Part shown: positions 1-5,728 of the stretch, one piece after another
Layout: every line of letters starts with the position of its first letter
Position numbering within the stretch: the stretch's first letter is position 1
Source: a virus
Taxonomy: Duplodnaviria; Heunggongvirae; Uroviricota; Caudoviricetes
Virus record (IMG/VR): IMGVR_UViG_2698536535_000007
Location: 1-8,413 of that record
Direction: 5' to 3' (one strand)
DNA: 8,413 bases
Made by a program: the position numbers and the translations under genes
Notes under the pieces: generated by a model
Seen by the model: only the letters and a program-made list of their open reading frames with translations
The model's database searches: none
What the model was told of the DNA's origin: nothing

Positions 1-423
1 ATGGAAGAACAAGCAAACAAGATTCTCGTAGAACTACTGCAAAAAGCCAGCAATGGAATAGATGCTGCTGTCTCATTTAGCCAGGCACAGATTCCTGATG
101 TTGTTCGTCAGTTGCTAATATGGAGTTTTGTCCATAGCGCACTTTTCCAAGTGGCTGGGTTGTTGCTTTTAATTGCAGCAATGAAACTTCCTAGTTTTGC
201 AAGAACGGAAAGAAATAATGGCGAGAGATGGACGTCTTTAGATGGATGTCCAAATGATAGATATTTTATATCTTCTTTTTATTACGACATGTGCACTGTA
301 TTTGCTCCTATATTTGGCTCAATTATTGGTGTTTTAATTATTGCCTTCAATTTCGAATGGTTGAAGATTTGGCTTGCACCTAAGTTATTCCTAATCGAAT
401 ATGCAGCATCATTGGTTAAGTAA
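1..423 (+). CDS. Hypothetical small membrane protein, 140 aa; possibly 5'-truncated by the window edge; candidate superinfection-exclusion type protein
   Basis: ORF starts at base 1 so the true start cannot be verified. Two long hydrophobic stretches (VAGLLLLIAAM, FAPIFGSIIGVLIIAF) suggest transmembrane helices. Followed directly by an intrinsic terminator. The functional guess is positional only. Confidence 0.45.
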   Translation: MEEQANKILVELLQKASNGIDAAVSFSQAQIPDVVRQLLIWSFVHSALFQVAGLLLLIAAMKLPSFARTERNNGERWTSLDGCPNDRYFISSFYYDMCTVFAPIFGSIIGVLIIAFNFEWLKIWLAPKLFLIEYAASLVK

Positions 424-427
424 TTTC

Positions 428-453
428 AGGCCGCATAGTCGGCCTTTATTTTT
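428..453 (+). terminator. Rho-independent terminator
   Basis: Stem AGGCCG (428..433), loop CATAGT, stem CGGCCT (440..445), then a T-rich tail TTTATTTTT. Lies 5 nt after the stop of ORF 1..423. Confidence 0.6.
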
Positions 454-475
454 GGCATAAACAACAGAGGCTAAC

Positions 476-766
476 ATGGAATTTAAAGGTACTGAAGGTA
501 AGTGGGAAATAATGATGGATGGCGATGAGATTAAAATCATCCAGGCAGACTCACTTGAAAATGGCGCAGGCTGGCGTTCGTATATTGCAATCTGTGAGGA
601 AGTTCAATGCATTGAAGATGCCAATCTAATAGCGGCAGCACCAGACCTTTTAAATGCCATGCAAGCAATGCTAAACAAGGCATACAAGCAAAACTGGAAT
701 GACCATTATCCTGATGAAGTATCGAAAGCACAGTCAGCAATCAGCAAAGCTCTTGGGGATGAGTAA
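476..766 (+). CDS. Hypothetical phage protein, 96 aa, carrying an IAAAP-type motif shared with the Ea22-like protein
   Basis: ATG at 476 preceded by AGAGG (466..470). Motif ANLIAAAPDLLNAM resembles [18 protein letters not shown] in the 3151..3885 protein. Its stop overlaps the next start (TAATG). Confidence 0.6.
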   Translation: MEFKGTEGKWEIMMDGDEIKIIQADSLENGAGWRSYIAICEEVQCIEDANLIAAAPDLLNAMQAMLNKAYKQNWNDHYPDEVSKAQSAISKALGDE

Positions 767-954
767 TGAAAGTAAAAATAACGAAGTCGAATACCAGTTT
801 TGTTCGGCCGGGAGAGATAACAGATATCGAAACTCGCCCGCATGGAAGTCAGTTTATGTGGTCTGAATCTTGTCAACGGTACGAAAAACTATCCTGGGTA
901 ACAAACATGTGGGGTGTTGAATACGAAGAAATACCTGAAATGCATGACGAATAA
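766..954 (+). CDS. Hypothetical small protein, 62 aa
   Basis: ATG overlaps the upstream stop (TAATG), consistent with translational coupling. No recognisable motif. Confidence 0.45.
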   Translation: MKVKITKSNTSFVRPGEITDIETRPHGSQFMWSESCQRYEKLSWVTNMWGVEYEEIPEMHDE

Positions 955-959
955 GCACT

Positions 960-987
960 GTGTATTCATTCCAACGAGTGAATACAC
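960..987. promoter_or_regulatory. Perfect inverted repeat GTGTATTCA-N10-TGAATACAC; candidate operator or RNA hairpin
   Basis: Half-sites at 960..968 and 979..987 are exact reverse complements. No T-tract follows, so it is not an intrinsic terminator. Sits 6 nt after the stop of the 62-aa ORF. Confidence 0.3.
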
Positions 988-1049
988 GGAGCAATGTCGC
1001 TCGTAACTAAACAGGAGCCGACTTGTTCTGATTATTGGAAATCTTCTTT

Positions 1050-1073
1050 GCCCTCCAATGTGAGGGCTTTTTT
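1050..1073 (+). terminator. Rho-independent terminator
   Basis: Stem GCCCTC (1050..1055), loop CAATGT, stem GAGGGC (1062..1067), then TTTTTT (1068..1073). The track ORF 1035..1274 runs through this hairpin, so its 5' part is unlikely to be coding. Confidence 0.6.
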
Positions 1074-1139
1074 ATATGCATACCAATAACGCTTCACTCG
1101 AGGCGTTTTCGTTATGCAATCAAATATAAGGAGTTACCC

Positions 1140-1274
1140 ATGATGCACTTTCAGCTCGCGGGTAGCGGCGTCATGTCCGCTTTCTACCCGCACGAATCTG
1201 AATTATCACGCCGAGTTAAACAATTAATCAGAGCAGCAAAGAAACAACTGGAGGCGTTATGCGCAATGAAATAG
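1140..1274 (+). CDS. cIII: CIII-like protein (FtsH inhibitor / CII stabiliser homolog), 44 aa
   Basis: Strong SD AAGGAG (1129..1134) ahead of ATG 1140. Product MMHFQLAGSGVMSAFYPHESELSRRVKQLIRAAKKQLEAL aligns by eye with my recollection of lambda CIII (MQYAIAGWPVAGCPSESLLERITRKLRDGWKRL). Not search-verified. Confidence 0.55.
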   Translation: MMHFQLAGSGVMSAFYPHESELSRRVKQLIRAAKKQLEALCAMK

Positions 1275-1411
1275 CCATCAATCACCAGATGCTTCGTGCT
1301 GCACAGAACAAAGCAGTAATAGCCAGATTTATTGGTGATTCAAAAATGTGGCTTGAAGCAAATAAAGCGATGAAATCAGCTATCAACCTTCCGTGGTATC
1401 GCAGGAAATGA
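1259..1411 (+). CDS. kil: Kil-like small protein (host cell-division inhibitor homolog), 50 aa
   Basis: Not in the ORF track (under 60 aa). SD GGAGG (1250..1254) ahead of ATG 1259. Product MRNEIAINHQMLRAAQNKAVIARFIGDSKMWLEANKAMKSAINLPWYRRK. The segment IARFIGDSKMW resembles lambda Kil as I recall it (IATFIGDEKMF). Position directly after cIII matches lambda order. Confidence 0.5.
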   Translation: MRNEIAINHQMLRAAQNKAVIARFIGDSKMWLEANKAMKSAINLPWYRRK

Positions 1412-1578
1412 GTTTTACAGATAACTGGTCAGACGAAGAATTCATTCGTCAGATGAAAGAATTAATCGGTAACGAAGGAGATATTCATGTCACTTGCAAC
1501 CACAGTGAAGGAGAGCAAGTTACAGAGACGCATGTACACGCAGCAGGCGTTAATGTATCGCCAGAAGGGAGATCGTGA
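1408..1578 (+). CDS. Hypothetical acidic small protein, 56 aa (alternative A of two overlapping out-of-frame ORFs)
   Basis: ATG 1408 overlaps the kil-like stop (ATGA coupling) but has only a weak, close AGGA. Product MSFTDNWSDEEFIRQMKELIGNEGD... Overlaps ORF 1487..1657 in another frame for 92 nt. Confidence 0.35.
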   Translation: MSFTDNWSDEEFIRQMKELIGNEGDIHVTCNHSEGEQVTETHVHAAGVNVSPEGRS

Positions 1579-1657
1579 AGGTGTTCGCGTATTTTTAAAT
1601 GCGGCAAAGACTGAAGTATTAAATCAGCGTTATTTCCTTGGGCCATGTCCATTCTGA
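1487..1657 (+). CDS. Hypothetical basic small protein, 56 aa (alternative B; occupies the position of an accessory recombination gene before erf)
   Basis: Not in the ORF track. Strong SD AAGGAG (1474..1479), 7 nt before ATG 1487. Product MSLATTVKESKLQRRMYTQQALMYRQKGDREGVRVFLNAAKTEVLNQRYFLGPCPF. Ends 10 nt before the erf start. Confidence 0.4.
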   Translation: MSLATTVKESKLQRRMYTQQALMYRQKGDREGVRVFLNAAKTEVLNQRYFLGPCPF

Positions 1658-1667
1658 GAACAATCAT

Positions 1668-2273
1668 ATGAGCAAAGAATTTTACGCAAGACTGGCAGCT
1701 ATTCAGGAGAATCTGAACGCGCCAAAGAATCAATACAACTCATTCGGCAAATATAAATACAGAAGCTGCGAAGACATTCTTGAGGGTGTTAAGCCGTTAC
1801 TGAATGGCCTGTTTTTATCAATCAGCGATGAAGTTGTGTTGATTGGTGATCGGTATTACGTGAAAGCCACGGCAACTATTACCGATGGCGAAAACAGTCA
1901 TACGGCAACCGCTCTTGCACGAGAGGAAGAAAGCAAGAAAGGAATGGATTCTGCACAAGTTACGGGAGCTACAAGCTCTTATGCACGCAAGTATTGCCTC
2001 AATGGTTTGTTCGGCATTGATGATGCGAAAGATGCAGATACAGACGAGCATAAACATCAGCAGAACGCAGCAGCAAAGCAATCAAAACCATCACTTACAC
2101 CTGAACAGGTTCTAAAAGCATTCACTGACGCAGCAATGCAGAAAAACACCGTAGAAGAGCTTAAACAGGCGTTCGCCAAAGCGTGGAAGATGCTCGAAGG
2201 CACACCGGAGCAGCACAAAGCGCAGGACGTTTACAACATCAGACGAGACGAATTAGAAGGAGCGGCTGCTTAA
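1668..2273 (+). CDS. erf: Erf-family single-strand annealing (essential recombination function) protein, 201 aa
   Basis: Product from the internal Met (MSKEFYARLAAIQENLNAPKNQYNSFGKYKYRSCEDILEGVKPLL ... YARKYCLNGLFGIDDAKD) matches phage P22 Erf as I recall it. The track's ATG 1638 gives a 10-residue extension without an SD, so 1668 is preferred. Confidence 0.85.
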   Translation: MSKEFYARLAAIQENLNAPKNQYNSFGKYKYRSCEDILEGVKPLLNGLFLSISDEVVLIGDRYYVKATATITDGENSHTATALAREEESKKGMDSAQVTGATSSYARKYCLNGLFGIDDAKDADTDEHKHQQNAAAKQSKPSLTPEQVLKAFTDAAMQKNTVEELKQAFAKAWKMLEGTPEQHKAQDVYNIRRDELEGAAA

Positions 2274-2656
2274 TGGCACATTCGATTACTGTAAGACTAA
2301 ACAAGCCCGCAAGAGAGTTTCAGGCCGGGGAAAATATCGGATTCAACATCCGTGCTGGCGTTCAGTATTACGATCGCCAGACAAAAAAGAAAGAATGGAC
2401 AAACTACAGCGCCGTTGTATTTGCCAAGCCGGGAGCGCAAGCGGATTACTACCGTAGTGTTCTTGTTGAAGGTGGCATTGTAGAAATTACCGGAGAAAAC
2501 ATCAGGGTTGATGTTTATCATGGGCAAAATGGTCAATCAATCACTCTTGAATTACTGAATGCAAAGATTGGATTTGCAACCTCAGGAAACAGCCAACAGC
2601 AGCAAAGTAGCAATCATCAAAATCATCCTGAATACGACGATTCAATTCCCTTCTAA
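2273..2656 (+). CDS. ssb: Phage single-stranded DNA-binding protein (SSB-like, OB-fold) with conserved acidic C-terminal tail, 127 aa
   Basis: ATG overlaps the erf stop (TAATG); SD AAGGAG at 2257..2262. C-terminus ...PEYDDSIPF matches the bacterial SSB tail consensus D-F-D-D-D-I-P-F. Preceded by a Gln/Ser/Asn-rich linker. The track's 5' extension from 2183 lies inside erf and is rejected. Confidence 0.8.
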   Translation: MAHSITVRLNKPAREFQAGENIGFNIRAGVQYYDRQTKKKEWTNYSAVVFAKPGAQADYYRSVLVEGGIVEITGENIRVDVYHGQNGQSITLELLNAKIGFATSGNSQQQQSSNHQNHPEYDDSIPF

Positions 2657-2679
2657 AGTAGCAACATAAGGATTCCATT

Positions 2680-2976
2680 ATGCCAGCGCCTTTGTATGGT
2701 GCGGATGACCCGCGCCGCTGTTCCGGCAATTCCGTATCGGAGGTGCTGGATAAATTCAGAAAAAACTACGATCGAATAATGTCTCTACCGCAGGAAACGA
2801 AAGAGGAAAAGGAATTTCGCCACTGTATATGGCTTGCAGAGAAAGAAGAACGCGAGCGAATTTACCAGACATCAATCCGACCATTCCGCAAAGCCACATA
2901 TACCCACTTCCCTGAATATATCGACCCGCGCCTGCGTAATTACCGCTCACGTTATGGCGCTATCAGTAATGACTGA
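2680..2976 (+). CDS. Hypothetical phage protein, 98 aa
   Basis: SD AAGGA (2668..2672), 7 nt before ATG 2680. No recognisable motif. Confidence 0.55.
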   Translation: MPAPLYGADDPRRCSGNSVSEVLDKFRKNYDRIMSLPQETKEEKEFRHCIWLAEKEERERIYQTSIRPFRKATYTHFPEYIDPRLRNYRSRYGAISND

Positions 2977-2986
2977 GGAATTTACC

Positions 2987-3154
2987 ATGAGAGGACTTGC
3001 ATACAATCCCGGCATTCTTCCGGCAGAAATGATTATTCGCCAGCGCGTAAAGCCAATGCCATCGAGAGAGGAATTGCTTAAGAGAAATTCTTTTCCGTCA
3101 GTGAATCAAAACAAATATCTGAATGCGATGTGGCGCAAAGGAGGCAACCAGTGA
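2987..3154 (+). CDS. Hypothetical small protein, 55 aa
   Basis: SD GAGGA (2975..2979), 7 nt before ATG 2987. Stop TGA overlaps the GTG start of the next gene (GTGA). The 5' part of track ORF 2834..3154 overlaps the previous gene out of frame and is rejected. Confidence 0.45.
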   Translation: MRGLAYNPGILPAEMIIRQRVKPMPSREELLKRNSFPSVNQNKYLNAMWRKGGNQ

Positions 3155-3885
3155 GCAAGATTGACTATCAGGTACTGCGTGCCAAGGCAGAAAAAGCAAC
3201 GTGTGGTGTATGGTCGCTCGAATATGGAGAGAGCCGATTTGATGGTGATGATGCTCTAATTCATCGCGAGGCTGCTGGATATATTCCCATTTGCAGAATT
3301 GAAGGAGCGCATCCAGAAAGCGGTTTCGATGAAGATTTCCAAATGGAACAGCAGGCCAATGCTGAATTCATCGCCGCAGCCAATCCGGCTACCGTGCTGG
3401 CATTACTGGATGAACTGGAAAGAAACCAGCAATACATCAAACGCCGCGACCAGGAGAACGAGGATATTGCGCTAACGGTAGGGAAGATGCGTGTTGAGCT
3501 GGAAGGCAAAGACAGCAAAATAGCCAATCTTACCGCCGAACGCGATGCTCTTCGTGAAGGTGAGATGGGCGACGCTAGGCATAGCAACACACGGGCCGCA
3601 GCTGATATCTACTTCCAACTGGTCGAGGAGTGCGAAATTCCTGCTGGCGGATCTCTGGTCGAGTACGTTGACGATATGCGCGAGAAGCTGGAAGCCGCAG
3701 AGAAGCGCATTGCTGAGCTGGAGTTGCGGGAGGTTGTGCTTCCGCAATGCTATAGCATGTTGCATCGCGTCGATTTTGACGAGCCTTACCACACTGAAAT
3801 GGTTTACAGGCAGCATCAGGTTCTTGAGGCACTGCACAACGCTGGAATAAACGTCACCGAAGCAGGTAAAGGAGAGGCATCATGA
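3151..3885 (+). CDS. Ea22-like (Ead/Ea22 family) early accessory protein with central coiled-coil, 244 aa
   Basis: GTG 3151 preceded by AAGGAGG (3138..3144) at 6-nt spacing; the upstream ATG-frame start at 3130 lacks an SD. Motif [21 protein letters not shown] and heptad-like charged stretches resemble Ea22-like proteins as I recall them. Confidence 0.6.
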   Translation: MSKIDYQVLRAKAEKATCGVWSLEYGESRFDGDDALIHREAAGYIPICRIEGAHPESGFDEDFQMEQQANAEFIAAANPATVLALLDELERNQQYIKRRDQENEDIALTVGKMRVELEGKDSKIANLTAERDALREGEMGDARHSNTRAAADIYFQLVEECEIPAGGSLVEYVDDMREKLEAAEKRIAELELREVVLPQCYSMLHRVDFDEPYHTEMVYRQHQVLEALHNAGINVTEAGKGEAS

Positions 3886-4415
3886 GCACTATCACAAGAG
3901 AATGGCTGCAGCAGGCTATCAACGATTATGAAAGCGTTCGTGATGAGCTTCCTTTCGGGCTTGATGATTACCAGGGGAATATCCTGGCTGCCCTGCGTAT
4001 CGCACTGGCATCGCTGGAAGCAGAGCCGGTGGCGTGGAAGGTAACATTCACGCAAATTGACCGTGAATATAACACGTTCACTGGTATGTATTCTGACAAA
4101 GCAGAAGTCGAACGGTGGGTGCGGCTGCATAAAGCATGTAATTTTCGGGCAGATATAACACCGCTTTATACCGCCAAGCCAGTGCCGGTAACTCCGGGTG
4201 GTTGGATAAGCTGTAGTGATCGAATGCCGGATAGCAAAACAGCCGTTCTTGTTGCCAGGGAGTTTGACAGGAAAGGTGACTGGCGAATGAAATGGGCGAC
4301 TTACATCCCTGGGCATCCTGACGCTAATGATGGGTGGATAATTCCTGGTGCGTCGTGGATACCATCACACTGGATGCCGCTACCAGAACCGCCGCAGGAG
4401 GTTAACCGTGGCTAA
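3882..4415 (+). CDS. Hypothetical protein with C-terminal DUF551-like domain, 177 aa
   Basis: ATG overlaps the upstream stop (ATGA). C-terminal region WISCSDRMPDSKTAVLVA ... GWIIPGASWIPSHWMPLPEPP resembles the DUF551 signature as I recall it (W...LP...VLV...W...HWMPLPEPP). Confidence 0.6.
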   Translation: MSTITREWLQQAINDYESVRDELPFGLDDYQGNILAALRIALASLEAEPVAWKVTFTQIDREYNTFTGMYSDKAEVERWVRLHKACNFRADITPLYTAKPVPVTPGGWISCSDRMPDSKTAVLVAREFDRKGDWRMKWATYIPGHPDANDGWIIPGASWIPSHWMPLPEPPQEVNRG

Positions 4416-4689
4416 CCTTCAACTTGCCGTCAAAGGTGAATACTTCGATGCCATGATTCGAGGAGAGAAAACGGAAGAGTATCGCCTGTGTAATGACTAT
4501 TGGAATAAGCGAATTATGTTCCGGGAGTATGACCGCCTGATTATCACAAAGGGATATCCGAAGCGCGACGACTCCAGTCGCAGAATTGATGTTCCGTATG
4601 GAGGATATGAAGTGAAAACAATCACACACCCCCACTTCGGTGATAAACCGGTAAAGGTATACGCGATAAAGGTGAATATCAATTGCTAA
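4408..4689 (+). CDS. ASCH-domain (PUA-like fold) protein, 93 aa
   Basis: GTG 4408 preceded by GGAGG (4397..4401) at 6-nt spacing; overlaps the DUF551 gene end by 8 nt. Contains the ASCH signature GxKxxExR (IRGEKTEEYR). Confidence 0.6.
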   Translation: MANLQLAVKGEYFDAMIRGEKTEEYRLCNDYWNKRIMFREYDRLIITKGYPKRDDSSRRIDVPYGGYEVKTITHPHFGDKPVKVYAIKVNINC

Positions 4690-4713
4690 ATTAGTAGCAT
4701 AGCATAAAGATGC

Positions 4714-4738
4714 TTGCATTAATGAAGTGTGTATAATA
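4714..4738 (+). promoter_or_regulatory. Candidate sigma70-type promoter for the downstream small ORF
   Basis: TATAAT at 4732..4737 preceded by TGTG. A TTGCAT -35-like hexamer at 4714..4719 is too close (12-nt spacer), so the call rests mainly on the -10 and the AT-rich context. Confidence 0.3.
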
Positions 4739-4800
4739 ACGCCTCATCAATAGTAAACTACTGAAATAGCAAAAAATGCATATTAAAGAGGATTCGAAAA

Positions 4801-4992
4801 TTGAAAATGTTCATGCAAATAGACAGACGCATAGATATTAATGGCAATTCATACTTAGTTAGATGCGAAGAGAGGCCTAACGGTGAGTGGCGTGTATATG
4901 ATATTGACCGTAAGATCAATATCAGCACCATGAACAAAGACACTGCCTTTGATGAATGGAAAGCTGAAGCTAAAAAACAACATAATTCGTAG
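4801..4992 (+). CDS. Hypothetical small protein in an AT-rich moron-like unit, 61-63 aa
   Basis: Preceded by GAGG (4788..4791). Start is ambiguous between TTG 4801 and ATG 4807. Flanked by a promoter-like element upstream and a terminator downstream. Visibly lower G+C than neighbouring genes. Confidence 0.5.
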   Translation: MKMFMQIDRRIDINGNSYLVRCEERPNGEWRVYDIDRKINISTMNKDTAFDEWKAEAKKQHNS

Positions 4993-5035
4993 AATTACAA
5001 AAACCCTAACCAATTGATGGATTTCTTTTATCTGA

Positions 5036-5059
5036 ACTCGCTACGGCGAGTTTTGTTTT
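5036..5059 (+). terminator. Rho-independent terminator
   Basis: Stem ACTCGC (5036..5041), loop TACG, stem GCGAGT (5046..5051), then TTTTGTTTT. Confidence 0.5.
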
Positions 5060-5072
5060 ATGGAGATGATAA

Positions 5073-5240
5073 ATGCACTTTCGAGTCACAGGTGAATGGA
5101 ATGGAGAACAATTCAACAGAGTTATCGAAGCAGAGAACATCAATGACTGCTATGACCACTGGATGATATGGGCGCAGATAGCCCATGCAGACGTAACCAA
5201 TATTCGAATTGAAGAACTGAAAGAACACCAAGCCGCCTGA
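5073..5240 (+). CDS. Hypothetical small protein, 55 aa
   Basis: Not in the ORF track. SD GGAGA (5062..5066), 6 nt before ATG 5073. Product MHFRVTGEWNGEQFNRVIEAENINDCYDHWMIWAQIAHADVTNIRIEELKEHQAA. Confidence 0.45.
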   Translation: MHFRVTGEWNGEQFNRVIEAENINDCYDHWMIWAQIAHADVTNIRIEELKEHQAA

Positions 5241-5252
5241 TGGCGGTTTTTT
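5232..5252 (+). terminator. Short rho-independent terminator overlapping the stop codon of ORF 5073..5240
   Basis: Stem GCCGCC (5232..5237), loop TGAT, stem GGCGGT (5242..5247, one G-U pair), then TTTTTT. Confidence 0.4.
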
Positions 5253-5266
5253 ATTGGAGACAAGAA

Positions 5267-5611
5267 ATGTCAGATTTGGCTATGAAGGTTTTGAAATGGC
5301 AATCAACTGGCGATGTTAGCATCAGTAGCGCAACTCTTGCCTCAATCGCATGTGGACTGAAAAAGAATATCTATTGTCATCACTTCGGCGCTCCCCATGA
5401 CGCAGCCGATTTCAGACGATGCGTTGCACTTGTTGAGCAGATTCCAGAAATCAGAGATTCATTCAACAAGGTTGCAAAGCGCGTTCCGGCATTCAAAGGA
5501 ATCCTCAACGAATGGGATTCCCTCGTTGCTCTGTTGAAGTCTGAAATGAAGATACACGGAAACAAAGCACCAGAGACTTACAGAAGAATCAGAGAGCTAC
5601 GCAAGGACTAA
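5267..5611 (+). CDS. Hypothetical Cys/His-rich protein (possible zinc-binding), 114 aa, directly upstream of xis
   Basis: SD GGAGA (5256..5260), 6 nt before ATG 5267. The track's start at 5240 lies in the terminator T-tract and is rejected. Cluster C29-x7-C37-H38-H39-x4-H44-x7-C52 could bind a metal. Confidence 0.55.
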   Translation: MSDLAMKVLKWQSTGDVSISSATLASIACGLKKNIYCHHFGAPHDAADFRRCVALVEQIPEIRDSFNKVAKRVPAFKGILNEWDSLVALLKSEMKIHGNKAPETYRRIRELRKD

Positions 5612-5680
5612 CCATGAAATAACACCGCCTCACACTCGATGAGGCCTGTTCATTGCTCAATGATATCCAGACCTACCATC

Positions 5681-5701
5681 GCCGCATCAATGCGGCTTTT
5701 T
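5681..5701 (+). terminator. Rho-independent terminator upstream of xis
   Basis: Stem GCCGCA (5681..5686), loop TCAA, stem TGCGGC (5691..5696), then TTTTT (5697..5701). Confidence 0.5.
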
Positions 5702-5702
5702 C

Positions 5703-5716
5703 TTGCGTGTAATTGC
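5703..5716 (+). promoter_or_regulatory. CII-binding site (TTGC-N6-TTGC) of the pI integrase promoter
   Basis: TTGCGTGTAATTGC lies just upstream of the xis ATG, matching lambda pI, whose transcript starts inside xis so that Int is made without Xis during establishment of lysogeny. Confidence 0.6.
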
Positions 5717-5728
5717 GGAGACTTTGCG

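Noticed and set aside
1035-1139. 5' extension of the cIII-like ORF from ATG 1035
   Set aside because: The extension runs through the intrinsic terminator hairpin at 1050..1073 and has no SD, whereas ATG 1140 has a near-consensus AAGGAG at ideal spacing.
1885-2115. 76-aa + strand ORF in an alternative frame inside erf
   Set aside because: Entirely embedded in the well-supported erf reading frame, with no SD and a low-complexity product.
2834-2986. 5' part of track ORF 2834..3154
   Set aside because: Overlaps the 98-aa gene 2680..2976 out of frame for about 140 nt with no initiation signal at 2834; the SD-supported start is ATG 2987.
3816-4316. 166-aa minus-strand ORF antisense to the DUF551 gene
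   Set aside because: It lies wholly inside a well-supported + strand gene that is translationally coupled to its neighbours. No SD is evident and the product is Cys/Arg-rich and low-complexity, typical of antisense frames. The same reasoning applies to the other minus-strand track ORFs (537..740, 1485..1733, 1818..2081, 2297..2536, 3261..3590, 3472..3837, 4402..4719, 7199..7621 and others).
4758-4943. 61-aa minus-strand ORF opposite the moron ORF
   Set aside because: Highly hydrophobic low-complexity product from an AT-rich antisense frame, with no SD; the + strand ORF has a promoter/terminator context.
5639-5728. In-frame 5' extension of xis from ATG 5639
   Set aside because: It would read through the terminator at 5681..5701 and the pI CII-binding site; the 72-aa product from ATG 5729 matches lambda Xis exactly in length.
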